Shown: positions 9,675-18,738, numbered from the stretch's first letter. The stretch is 64,000 nt of DNA from an uncultured bacterium (GCA_963822585.1 CAWGIE010000019.1:352001-416000); one strand, 5' to 3'. Notes: generated by a model from the letters alone, not told the origin. Made by a program: numbers and translations.

Positions 9675-9840
9675 GTCATAATCAACTAAGTAGTCAATCA
9701 TGACCATATTGTCGTACTCAACCAATCAGTCAATTTTGACCGATGTGTCGCAATCAACCGATCGGTCAAATATGACTGTTCTGTCGAACTCAACCGATCA
9801 GTCGATTATGACTATGATGTCGTATTAGACTGATCGGTCA
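9647..9840. repeat. Array of 11 palindromic 14-bp boxes at exact 18-bp period (putative TetR operator array)
   Basis: Boxes start at 9647, 9665, 9683, 9701, 9719, 9737, 9755, 9773, 9791, 9809, 9827; core RAC-N6-GTC; alternating CAAC and TGAC types give a 36-bp higher-order unit. Confidence 0.92.
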
Positions 9841-9857
9841 TTATATATAGATATAGT

Positions 9858-10523
9858 ATGAATGCAACGCTGAAAAGCCGGCACACACGGCGAGCCCTGG
9901 CCACCCGGGGAAAATTGCTCGAAGCCGCCCGAACCCTTTTCACGGAACGGGGGTTTGAGCTAACTTCCATTGACGACATAACGCGCCGCGCCGATGTCGG
10001 GAAAGGGACTTTCTATTACCACTTCACCGACCGGGAAGAGATCATCAAGGCACTGATCGAATGGGTGATCGGAGAACTGCTGACCGTTATCGATAACACC
10101 TGTCGGGAAGCCACGGACCTGAAAACCACTCTGGACGGCTTGATCGAAGCTCACATCAAGTTCTTTTCCAATCGGTGGGAAGACTTCGTGCTCTTCTTCC
10201 AGGGGAGAACCGAGCTTACTATCGAACTGAGTTATGAGGGGATCGAGACTCCGTTCCTGAAGTACCTGGAGCGGGTCGAGGAGCTGCTGGCACCTTTTAT
10301 CCAGCGGCGGCTGCCGCCGCCGATCATGCGACGGATCGCCTGCGCGGTCGTGGGGTTGGTCTCGGGTTATTATTCTTTCGCGGCCATCGAATCGCTGGAT
10401 AACGGCATCGACGCCACGTTCGCTTCGCTCCGCGAGGCGATGGTGGCGAGCATGATGCGCTTCATTCAGGAAGCAAGCATATCGACTGATAAACCGCCCC
10501 AGGAGAAAGAGGCCGGGGCATAA
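9858..10523 (+). CDS. TetR/AcrR family transcriptional regulator
   Basis: TRGKLLEAARTLFTERGFELTSIDDITRRADVGKGTFYYHF. Confidence 0.95.
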   Translation: MNATLKSRHTRRALATRGKLLEAARTLFTERGFELTSIDDITRRADVGKGTFYYHFTDREEIIKALIEWVIGELLTVIDNTCREATDLKTTLDGLIEAHIKFFSNRWEDFVLFFQGRTELTIELSYEGIETPFLKYLERVEELLAPFIQRRLPPPIMRRIACAVVGLVSGYYSFAAIESLDNGIDATFASLREAMVASMMRFIQEASISTDKPPQEKEAGA

Positions 10524-10599
10524 TTTGTACACTAACAGGCGCACGACACCGAGGCCATCCGGTCCGGTGATCGTGCGGCAACTCAAGAGGAGAACCTCA

Positions 10600-11103
10600 T
10601 TGAAAACAATCGATGAGTTAGAAAAAACAGATTCGATCGCCATCACGGGAACCAGACGACGGCGTCTCAACGGAACCAATCGGAAATCCGGGCTCGGATC
10701 AACGCTCAATGAAGCGAAGGGCCGGCGTGTCTTTAACGAAGCGGTCAAAAAATCCGTCTGGGGGATGGCGGCCAGTATCGACATCTATAACTGCGATCCG
10801 GCCACGATCCGGGACGCCGACAAGATCCGCCAGTTCGTCAAAGAACTCTGCGACCTGATCGAGATGAAGAGATTCGGTGAAACACAGGTGGTTCATTTCG
10901 GAGAAGATGAGCGGGTGGCGGGCTACTCGATGGTTCAGCTGATCGAGACCTCGCTGATCTCGGCCCATTTCGCCAACCTGACCAATACCGTTTACCTCGA
11001 CGTCTTCAGCTGCAAGCCATATGACCCCGTCAAGGCGGAACGGTTCGCCCTCAAATTCTTCGGGGGCACCCGCTGCATCACCAAGATCAACCTGAGGATG
11101 TGA
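10600..11103 (+). CDS. S-adenosylmethionine decarboxylase-like (SpeD family) pyruvoyl enzyme
   Basis: Start moved to TTG 10600 (SD GAGGAG); IDIYNCD, GYSMVQLIETSLISAHF and YLDVFSCK motifs; substrate uncertain. Confidence 0.85.
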   Translation: MKTIDELEKTDSIAITGTRRRRLNGTNRKSGLGSTLNEAKGRRVFNEAVKKSVWGMAASIDIYNCDPATIRDADKIRQFVKELCDLIEMKRFGETQVVHFGEDERVAGYSMVQLIETSLISAHFANLTNTVYLDVFSCKPYDPVKAERFALKFFGGTRCITKINLRM

Positions 11104-11106
11104 GCG

Positions 11107-12063
11107 GTGCCGGAATTCAGTATCATCACCGACCCGGAGGAATGCCGGGAGATCTGGGAACAGGTTATCCCCCGGGAAAACCTGACCGATCTCTGGGAAG
11201 TCCGGGAGTGCTTTCATCGGCACTTCCACCGCCAAAGTTCTTTCATCACTGCCGTCAGCGGGGGGGATATCGTCGGCTTCCTGCCGTTAAGCCGGATTGA
11301 AGAGGCGGGGGTGTACGGCTACTTCCCCGGAGATACCTGGGAAGGGAAAACCTGGCTGGAACAGAACCGGATCATCGCCCGCGATGAAGAGGTTCTCCAG
11401 GGACTGCTCGCCCGTTGCCCGGGACCGCATCACCTCCGCTATCTTCTGAACATGGAAGATACCGGCACCGTGGACGAGATCGGCTACCTCTTCTCTCCCC
11501 CCTCATACGAGTACGACTTCGAAAAATACCTGGCGGAGTTCTCGAGCAAATCGCGGAAACGTCTGAATCGAGATCTGGAATCATTTGAGATCCGCGGGGT
11601 TGAGTACCGATATGATCATGTCGAGGATTTTGATCATATAGTACGCCTCAACATCGGACGTTTCGGCGAACGGTCATACTTTTCCGACCCCCGGTTTACT
11701 AAGAGCTTCTACAGCCTCCTGGACCTTCTCCGGGAACGGGGATGGCTCCGCCTGACCGTCGTCTTGGTCGAAGGCCGGGTAGCCGCGGTCGACTTCGGCT
11801 GCGTGTACCACGGTGTCTATACCCTCCTGGGCGGGGGTACCGATGGGGATTATCCCGGGGTGGCCAAGCTCATCAATATTCACCATATCCGCCGGGCGTG
11901 CCGGGAAAGGCTGGAACTGGTCGATTTCCTCTGCGGAGATTTTTCCTGGAAATCACTCTTCCATCTTTCGGCGCGCCCACTATACCTGCTGTCCAGCCGT
12001 CTCTCACAGGAAAAGCACGAACCGGCGGTGGCACACCCGAAGGAAATGGTGTATGCGGGATGA
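11107..12063 (+). CDS. GNAT-fold protein (CelD/BcsL or FemAB-like)
   Basis: FEKYLAEFSSKSRKRLNR, LRLTVVLVEGRVAA and VDFLCGDFSWKSLF. Confidence 0.8.
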   Translation: MPEFSIITDPEECREIWEQVIPRENLTDLWEVRECFHRHFHRQSSFITAVSGGDIVGFLPLSRIEEAGVYGYFPGDTWEGKTWLEQNRIIARDEEVLQGLLARCPGPHHLRYLLNMEDTGTVDEIGYLFSPPSYEYDFEKYLAEFSSKSRKRLNRDLESFEIRGVEYRYDHVEDFDHIVRLNIGRFGERSYFSDPRFTKSFYSLLDLLRERGWLRLTVVLVEGRVAAVDFGCVYHGVYTLLGGGTDGDYPGVAKLINIHHIRRACRERLELVDFLCGDFSWKSLFHLSARPLYLLSSRLSQEKHEPAVAHPKEMVYAG

Positions 12064-13342
12064 GCGCGTCCTGGTCGTGGGGACAACGGCCGATTATATC
12101 GATATCATCCGCCGCCGTTTTCCCGGGCGGACGCTTTTCCTGACCGATCCGGCGGAACGGAGTAAAGCTTCCTCCTACCCGGCACCGGATCGGATCTCCG
12201 AGATTCTCTGCGGTCTCACTTCTCCCCGCGGTGCCTTGGACGCTCTGGATGGTCACCTTCGAAAACAGAAGCAGCAACTCACCGGCGTCGCCTGTTTTGA
12301 TTGTGAATCTCTCTCCCTGGCGGCGGAGATCGCCCGGATCCGATCGTTACCCTTCCCTTCCCCGGCCGCCGTGGATGCTTCCCGAAATAAGTATTTTTCC
12401 AAACGCCTCTGGCTGGACGCCGGGCTTCCCTGCCCGAATGTCCGGCTGATAGGCCGGGCGGACGAGGCGATTGATTTTCTTCACGAGTTACAGCGGGCGG
12501 CGGTCATGAAGCCTTTGACCGGGAGCGGGAGCGAGCTGATCTTCCTCTGCCGGGATGAGAATGATTGCCGGCTGGCCTTCAAAACTTTGGTCGAAAAGCT
12601 GGCGACCCACCATAACAGCCGGATGTATGAGCCGCGGACCGGGCAGCGTAAGAAGATCGATCCCCGGAAAAGTTTCGTGATGGAGGAGATGGTGGAGGGT
12701 GAAGAAATGAGCTGTGATTTCACTCTCCGGGAGAACGGGGTGAAAATCATCCGGACCACGAGAAAGATACTGGCCCGCAACCAGACCTTCGGCACGGTCC
12801 TGGCCTATATCCTGACGAACGATCTTCCTTCCGGCATCGACCCGGCACCGTTTCATCGCCTGCTGGATCAAGCGGCCCGTGCCCTGGGTATTAACCGCAG
12901 CATCTGCATGATTGATCTCATGATTTCCCGGGGAAGGCCGCTGATGCTGGAAATGACCCCCCGGCCGGGAGGAGACTGCCTGATTGCCCTGGAGCGGCTG
13001 AGCGCGGGATTTGATATGCTGGGCTATGCTCTGGATTTCGCCGAGGGAAAGGAAACGGAAACTCCTCCGGCCGATGACTGGGAGCAACTGGTCGGACTCC
13101 ACTTACTGGCGCACCGGCCGGGGCTGATCCGGCGGATCGATGATCGGCCACTCCGGGCCGATACCCGGGTGCTTGAATGCAGCTTGACCGCGGGTGTTGG
13201 GCACCGGATACTGATGCCCCCCGACGACTATGATTCCCGGAAACTCGGCCACGCGATCTTCCGGCCGCGCAATCCGGCGGAGATCGAAAAAGAATGCCTT
13301 GAACTTTCCGCTTTACTTACCGTGGAGTTTGAGCCTGCATGA
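12053..13342 (+). CDS. ATP-grasp ligase (L-amino-acid ligase-like)
   Basis: Start moved to ATG 12053, overlapping the upstream stop; ASRNKY, VMKPLTGSGSELI, FVMEEMVEGEEMS and LEMTPRPGG motifs. Confidence 0.9.
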   Translation: MRDERVLVVGTTADYIDIIRRRFPGRTLFLTDPAERSKASSYPAPDRISEILCGLTSPRGALDALDGHLRKQKQQLTGVACFDCESLSLAAEIARIRSLPFPSPAAVDASRNKYFSKRLWLDAGLPCPNVRLIGRADEAIDFLHELQRAAVMKPLTGSGSELIFLCRDENDCRLAFKTLVEKLATHHNSRMYEPRTGQRKKIDPRKSFVMEEMVEGEEMSCDFTLRENGVKIIRTTRKILARNQTFGTVLAYILTNDLPSGIDPAPFHRLLDQAARALGINRSICMIDLMISRGRPLMLEMTPRPGGDCLIALERLSAGFDMLGYALDFAEGKETETPPADDWEQLVGLHLLAHRPGLIRRIDDRPLRADTRVLECSLTAGVGHRILMPPDDYDSRKLGHAIFRPRNPAEIEKECLELSALLTVEFEPA

Positions 13343-14655
13343 TGAAAAAGACCGAAAAAAGCCCCACCGGCTCCTCGGGTAGTTTACCCGCCATTCTTCC
13401 CCTTGACGGAGAGACCCTGGAACGGTTCGTCCGCAAGTATCTGGACCGGAGGGAGCGTTACCTGCGGGCCGCGGAAAGGTGCGGCTCACCCCTGTATCTG
13501 ATCGAGAAACCGATCCTGACCGACCGGGCAAAAAAATTCACGGAAGCATTCCGGGCCGTTCTTCCCGATGTTGGAATTTATTTCGCCGTCAAGAGCAACA
13601 ACCATCCGGAGATCGCCCGGACCCTGGTCCGGGCCGGGCTGGGATTGGACGTCTCCAGCGGCCGGGAACTTACGATGGCGCTGGATAGCGGTGCGAACGA
13701 TATCGTCTTCAGCGGTCCGGGGAAGACCGGCGGCGAGCTTGTACTGGCTGTCCAAAACCGAGGCCGAGTGACCGTCCTGATAGACAGTTTCGGTGAACTG
13801 GAACGCCTGGAGGCGATCGCCGCCGAGGCGGGAGCCGCTGTCCGGGCCGGGGTGCGGCTGACCACCGATGAGCGGGCCCTCTGGGCTAAGTTCGGCATCC
13901 CTCTCTCCTCCCTGCCGGCTTTTCTGGCCGATGCCGGACGAGCCGGGCATATCCGCCTAAGAGGACTCCAGTTCCATACCAGCTGGAACATGAACCCGGA
14001 CAACCAGGTCGGTTTTATCAGCCGTCTGGCCGGGGCACTCGGAAACCTGGATACCGCCGCGCGGAAAAAGATCGAGTTCATCGATATCGGCGGCGGCTTC
14101 TGGCCGGAAGACGGTGAGTGGCTTCACCGGGCGGACGGGGGAGTGGTCAACCCTGACAACCGCGACCGCGACCCTCTCCTTCACTTCCGGAAACCCTCCG
14201 TCACGATTCACGAGTTCGCGGAAAAGATCGGGCGCGCCTTTCGTCAGGAGATCCTTCCTCTGACCGAATGTCGCCTCTGTGCCGAGCCGGGGCGCTGGCT
14301 CTGTCATCCTGCCCTGGAGATACTGCTCCGGGTCACGGACAGGAAGGGACCGGAGTTGATTATTACCGATGCCGGAACCAACGCGATCGGCTGGGAGCGT
14401 TTCGAGACCGATTACTTCCCGGTAATCAACCTTTCCCGGCCGGCTTTGATCGAACATCCCTGCCGGGTCCTCGGCGCGCTCTGCACGCCTCACGACGTCT
14501 GGGGTTACTCCTACCACGGAGAGGACATCCGGCTGGGGGACCTGCTCCTCCTTCCCAACCAGGGAGCATATACCTATAGCCTGCGTCAGGAGTTCATCAA
14601 GCCTCTTCCCGGGGTGGCGACGGTGGACGAGGCGGGAGAGATCATTCCCGTATAG
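13339..14655 (+). CDS. Fold-type III PLP-dependent decarboxylase (LysA/ODC family)
   Basis: YFAVKSN (PLP Lys), LDVSSGREL, SGPGKT, KFGI, IDIGGGF, EPGR, GALCTPHD and GAYT motifs. Confidence 0.92.
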   Translation: MMKKTEKSPTGSSGSLPAILPLDGETLERFVRKYLDRRERYLRAAERCGSPLYLIEKPILTDRAKKFTEAFRAVLPDVGIYFAVKSNNHPEIARTLVRAGLGLDVSSGRELTMALDSGANDIVFSGPGKTGGELVLAVQNRGRVTVLIDSFGELERLEAIAAEAGAAVRAGVRLTTDERALWAKFGIPLSSLPAFLADAGRAGHIRLRGLQFHTSWNMNPDNQVGFISRLAGALGNLDTAARKKIEFIDIGGGFWPEDGEWLHRADGGVVNPDNRDRDPLLHFRKPSVTIHEFAEKIGRAFRQEILPLTECRLCAEPGRWLCHPALEILLRVTDRKGPELIITDAGTNAIGWERFETDYFPVINLSRPALIEHPCRVLGALCTPHDVWGYSYHGEDIRLGDLLLLPNQGAYTYSLRQEFIKPLPGVATVDEAGEIIPV

Positions 14656-14752
14656 TCAGCAGGAATATTTTGGCTGTCGGGCAACGATACTACGTCCCCC
14701 TCCGGCTGCAAACAGTCTCCACCACCTGTTCGACACTTAACTTTTCTTCATC

Positions 14753-14795
14753 CCTTATTGGACAAAACAGGCAAAGCCTGTTTTGTCCAATAAGG
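14753..14795. terminator. Perfect 20-bp inverted repeat between convergent genes
   Basis: CCTTATTGGACAAAACAGGC-AAA-GCCTGTTTTGTCCAATAAGG. Confidence 0.7.
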
Positions 14796-14814
14796 CGCTG
14801 CCGATATCATCCGG

Positions 14815-15894
14815 TCAAAACCTGGCCGCGGCCCGGACGGCGATAAACGGGCCGGCGCCGACGTCAACCCGGTTGTTCGTCCGGTCATCGTTATAGCTCT
14901 CGCCTTCGAAGAAGAAGCGGTCGAAAGCGACGCCGCCGGCAAGGACCACTTCCAGATCGCCGACGGCCCGGAGCGTGACACCGGCTTCCACCCGTTTTTC
15001 ATACCAGAAGAGGCGGTCATGGCGGTCTTCTCTTCCGGCCCGGTAATACCGGTCATTCTCCCAGCGGAAGGCGGCAAAGATGCCGATCAGGGGAGAGAGC
15101 CGATACTCACACCCGGCGAAGACACTGTGGATGGGGAAGTAGAACCCCCGGAACCGCAGCCCCTCAACGGGGGTGTAATTCACGAAGAGCAGGGGAATCC
15201 CGACCAGGGCATTGAAGTCCCGGGAAGGGGCATAGAGATAGCCGGCGCCCGGAATCGGGACATGGGGGAGAAACTCCCGGTTGGTGGAGTAGTTGAGAAA
15301 GAGGACCCAGGAATCCCGCCGGGCGGCGGGGATGCTCAGAAAACCGTTGAGCATGACGGCCGTCTCGTACCAGCCGTTAAAGGGCCGGTCGGAAGGCGAC
15401 GAGAGGGAAAGATTGCCCCCGATTATCCAGTTCCCCGGAAGGCGGCGGCGATACACGGCTCCGAAGTGGAGATCCCAGAGCTCGGAGGGAACCGCGTCGC
15501 CGGTATCGGGCAGGACGGCCCGGGTGCGGATGTCACGGAGACCGATGCGGGAGACGGCCGTCCACTCCCAGTCCTCCCCCTGAGCCACGGGAATGATGAT
15601 TGATGTCTCCCAGCGGGAGTCTTCCAGGCCGGTATCCTGCTCCTTCACCTCTTGGCGGGGACTATACTCGCACCGGCCGGAAACAGACACATCCTGTTTA
15701 CCGGCCAAGGGGCGAAACCAGTTGAAGATGCCCTCCTGCCCGAAGACAGAGTCCGGCAACGCGGCCAGGAAAAACAGATATAATGATATCGTTATTCTTC
15801 TTATTGCTTTTTCTTCTCGCAGGCTGAAGCCCGCGGCGGCCCAATTATTGTAAAAATTTCCGAATTGCCGCCGCCAGCTTTTCCGGTTCTTCAT
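14815..15894 (-). CDS. Putative outer-membrane beta-barrel protein (start uncertain)
   Basis: Signal-like stretch ITISLYLFFLAALPDSVFG; amphipathic strands; C-terminal Phe (VRAAARF). Confidence 0.65.
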   Translation of the reverse strand: MKNRKSWRRQFGNFYNNWAAAGFSLREEKAIRRITISLYLFFLAALPDSVFGQEGIFNWFRPLAGKQDVSVSGRCEYSPRQEVKEQDTGLEDSRWETSIIIPVAQGEDWEWTAVSRIGLRDIRTRAVLPDTGDAVPSELWDLHFGAVYRRRLPGNWIIGGNLSLSSPSDRPFNGWYETAVMLNGFLSIPAARRDSWVLFLNYSTNREFLPHVPIPGAGYLYAPSRDFNALVGIPLLFVNYTPVEGLRFRGFYFPIHSVFAGCEYRLSPLIGIFAAFRWENDRYYRAGREDRHDRLFWYEKRVEAGVTLRAVGDLEVVLAGGVAFDRFFFEGESYNDDRTNNRVDVGAGPFIAVRAAARF

Positions 15895-16633
15895 ATTCGC
15901 TCACGTGGCCGCCGGGAAGTCTCGCGATCCGGGCCCCTGGAATTTTCTCGGCCAGTTCTTCCGATTCCCGCGGTAGCGCGATGATATCGTCATCCGATAT
16001 GATGACCAGGGTGGGGGCTTTGATCCGGTGGAGGAACCCGGAAGAGTCAAAACCGGAAAGCGCGGGATACTGCCTCTCCATCTCCGTGATCGAGGGTGGC
16101 GTCGGATTATCGAGGAGCCTCTTTTTCAGCGCTTCCGTCTTGGTTTTATTATCCAGTGAGGAAACACCGAAGAGCCAGGGCATGGCGATCTCCAGCTGAC
16201 AGTCAACGGATACACCGTGTTTGAGTGCCCGGATCAACCCACTCTGGGCCATCAGCATCCGTTCGTCCCACCGGGCCGCGGAGTTGACGATGACCAGTCG
16301 ATCTATTTTTTCCGGATGGTTGACGGCCAGCATCTGGGCGATCGCTCCCCCCATGGAATGGCCGACAACGTGCGGCCTTTCGAGAGCCAGTTCTCTAATC
16401 AACGCCGCCGTCCCGGCGGCCATCGATTCCGCCGTTAACTGCCCTCCGCCGTCGCGGGTGCGGCCCGAACCGGGATTATCGAAAATGAGTACCCGAAAGC
16501 TGTCGATAAACAGGGGATATATCTCCTGCCAGGCGGTGTGATTGGCCCCGTATCCGGCAATAAAAACAAGCGCTTTCCCTTCACCATGCAGTTCGTAATA
16601 GTAAGAAGTATCTTCAACCGTGATCCGCGGCAT
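15845..16633 (-). CDS. Alpha/beta hydrolase
   Basis: FDNPGSGRT, GHSMGG nucleophile elbow, PGGH catalytic His. Confidence 0.93.
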   Translation of the reverse strand: MPRITVEDTSYYYELHGEGKALVFIAGYGANHTAWQEIYPLFIDSFRVLIFDNPGSGRTRDGGGQLTAESMAAGTAALIRELALERPHVVGHSMGGAIAQMLAVNHPEKIDRLVIVNSAARWDERMLMAQSGLIRALKHGVSVDCQLEIAMPWLFGVSSLDNKTKTEALKKRLLDNPTPPSITEMERQYPALSGFDSSGFLHRIKAPTLVIISDDDIIALPRESEELAEKIPGARIARLPGGHVSEYEEPEKLAAAIRKFLQ

Positions 16634-16860
16634 TTTTTCCTCCCGCTGATGGTCCGGATTACTCTTAATAATATCACATTATATGAGCAATCATGGCTAT
16701 CAATTATCGTTCAATGCGTTACATATCATAATCCCGGCCAGGCGAATACCGCTATCTCTTTTTATGATTTTCTTTCAGGACATTTAATTCTCTTGTCGGC
16801 CGGGCCGGCCTGTGGTATACAATCTCCAGCTTTTAGCAAGGTAACATTCGCTAATTCGTA

Positions 16861-16953
16861 TCTCCGACTCTGTCCGGCTACGCCTCCGGGTATGCCGGCA
16901 GAGCGATAGGGTCCAGCTGGAAACGGCTGCGCCTCCCGCGTTCGGAAAGGAGA
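16861..16953 (+). ncRNA. Molybdenum/tungsten cofactor (Moco/Tuco) riboswitch
   Basis: TCTCCGA...GATAGGG...GGAAAC...GCCTCCCG...GGAAAGGAGA with closing TCTCC/GGAGA stem; upstream of tupABC. Confidence 0.85.
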
Positions 16954-16969
16954 TCGGCGGACCACTCTG

Positions 16970-17005
16970 CCGGCCCCCCCTCCGCGGGGGGGCCGGTTTT
17001 GTTTT
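16970..17005 (+). terminator. Intrinsic terminator (probable riboswitch expression platform)
   Basis: CCGGCCCCCCC-tccgc-GGGGGGGCCGG followed by TTTTGTTTT. Confidence 0.85.
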
Positions 17006-17145
17006 AACTGCTCAGGAATTCCAATAAACATTACTCAAAATGGTAGCCGCAGACTTTAGTCTGCGTAACTTTGCGCACTCTGAAGGGTGCGGCTACCTAA
17101 AGTTAGCGCGATGCGCTTAGTTCTTTCAATCTGAAGGAGGGGAGC

Positions 17146-18042
17146 ATGACGAGAAGAATAGCCGTATTTGTTGTCCTGTTCTGTGCCCTGGTCGTCCTGA
17201 CCGGAGCGGCCGGAGCGGAGGAACGGATCAAGATGGCCACCACCACCAGCACCGACAATTCCGGCCTGCTGGGCGTTCTGATCCCGCCCTTCGAGAAGAA
17301 GTTTGGGATCAACGTCGACGTGATCGCGGTGGGGACCGGTGCCGCCCTCAAGCTGGGAGAGAACGGCGATGTGGACGTGGTCCTGGTCCATGCCCCGGAA
17401 AGGGAGGAGGAGTTCATCCAGGCCGGTTACGGCGTAAACAGACGGCGGGTCATGTACAACGATTTCGTCATCATCGGACCGGCTGACGACCCGGCCGGTA
17501 TCCGGGAAGAAAAGAACGCGGCCCGGGCCATGGCCATGATCGCGGACAAGAAATCGCCTTTCGTATCCCGAGGCGACGATTCCGGAACCCATATCAAGGA
17601 ACAGTTTCTCTGGAAAGAGTCCGGATTGCCCCTGAAGGAAGTCAAGAAGATGATCGCCAAAAAGGGGGGGGAGAGCGAGGTGCAGTACGTGGCCCCGGAG
17701 GGCGACTGGTACTTCTCCATCGGACAGGGAATGGGAGCCGCGCTGATGATGGCGGACGAGAAACGAGCCTACTGTCTGGCCGACCGGGGTACTTACCTGG
17801 CCTACCGGAACAAGATCAACCTGGACATTCTGGGTGAAGGGGATCCCCGCCTCTACAATCCTTACGGGATAATCGCCGTCAACCCGGAACGGTATCCCCG
17901 GGTGCAGTATTTCGGCGCCATGTCACTGATCGCCTGGATGACATCGGTGGAAGGCCAGAAGATCATCTCCGATTTCCGGACGGAAGGCGAAGTTCTCTTC
18001 CACCCGCTGGCGGTGCGCCCCGATTTTCTCGGTAAACGGTAA
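17146..18042 (+). CDS. tupA: Tungstate ABC transporter substrate-binding protein
   Basis: ATTTSTDNSGLL, GTGAAL and FVSRGDDSGTH signatures; signal peptide. Confidence 0.95.
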   Translation: MTRRIAVFVVLFCALVVLTGAAGAEERIKMATTTSTDNSGLLGVLIPPFEKKFGINVDVIAVGTGAALKLGENGDVDVVLVHAPEREEEFIQAGYGVNRRRVMYNDFVIIGPADDPAGIREEKNAARAMAMIADKKSPFVSRGDDSGTHIKEQFLWKESGLPLKEVKKMIAKKGGESEVQYVAPEGDWYFSIGQGMGAALMMADEKRAYCLADRGTYLAYRNKINLDILGEGDPRLYNPYGIIAVNPERYPRVQYFGAMSLIAWMTSVEGQKIISDFRTEGEVLFHPLAVRPDFLGKR

Positions 18043-18045
18043 AAG

Positions 18046-18738
18046 ATGGAATATCTCTTTAGCGGGATCCGTGATGCTGGACGGCTGATCGTCCATTTCA
18101 ATCCGGAACTTCTGAGAATTGTCTGGGTATCGATCCGGGTTTCCGGCACGGCCCTTCTTTTCTCCGCCCTGGCCGGCGTCCCTCTCGGTTTCTGGATCGC
18201 TGTCACTTCTTTCCCGGGAAAACGGGCGGCGGTGACGCTGCTCAACACGCTGATGGGGCTCCCCACGGTGGTGGTCGGTCTCTGGGGCTACTCCTTCCTC
18301 TCCCGGCGGGGTCTGATGGGAAGCTGGGGACTTCTCTACACCCCCGGCGCCATGATCATCGGCCAGTTTGTCCTCGCCACACCGATTATCGCAGCGCTTT
18401 CCCTGGCCGCCATCCAGGGGATTAACCGGCAGGTCTCGCTGACCGCGCTCACGCTGGGAGCTTCGACCCGCCAGAAAAACTGGAAGGTCCTTTCGGAAGC
18501 AAAGTTCGCCATCCTGGCCGCCGTCATCGCCGGGTTCGGCCGGATCTTCGCCGAGATCGGGGTCTCCACCATGCTGGGGGGCAATATCCAGGGCTATACA
18601 CGTAACATCACCACCGCCATCGCCTATGAGACCGGTAAAGGCGAGTTCTCCCTCGGCATCGCCCTCGGCATCATCCTGCTGGGGATCGCCCTCGGCATCA
18701 ACATACTGCTCCAGGTCTGGCAGGGGAAACTGAAATGA
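18046..18738 (+). CDS. tupB: Tungstate ABC transporter permease
   Basis: NTLMGLPTVVVGL and GGNIQGYTRNITTAIAYET. Confidence 0.93.
   Translation: MEYLFSGIRDAGRLIVHFNPELLRIVWVSIRVSGTALLFSALAGVPLGFWIAVTSFPGKRAAVTLLNTLMGLPTVVVGLWGYSFLSRRGLMGSWGLLYTPGAMIIGQFVLATPIIAALSLAAIQGINRQVSLTALTLGASTRQKNWKVLSEAKFAILAAVIAGFGRIFAEIGVSTMLGGNIQGYTRNITTAIAYETGKGEFSLGIALGIILLGIALGINILLQVWQGKLK

Noticed and set aside
9647..9840. CRISPR array interpretation of the periodic repeats
   Set aside because: The period is 18/36 bp with only 4-6 variable bases, there are no unique spacers of about 30 bp, and no cas genes are in the window
13339..14655. Assigning the symbol lysA
   Set aside because: The fold is clear, but the usual HIGS motif reads HTSW and the context is not lysine biosynthesis; substrate unknown
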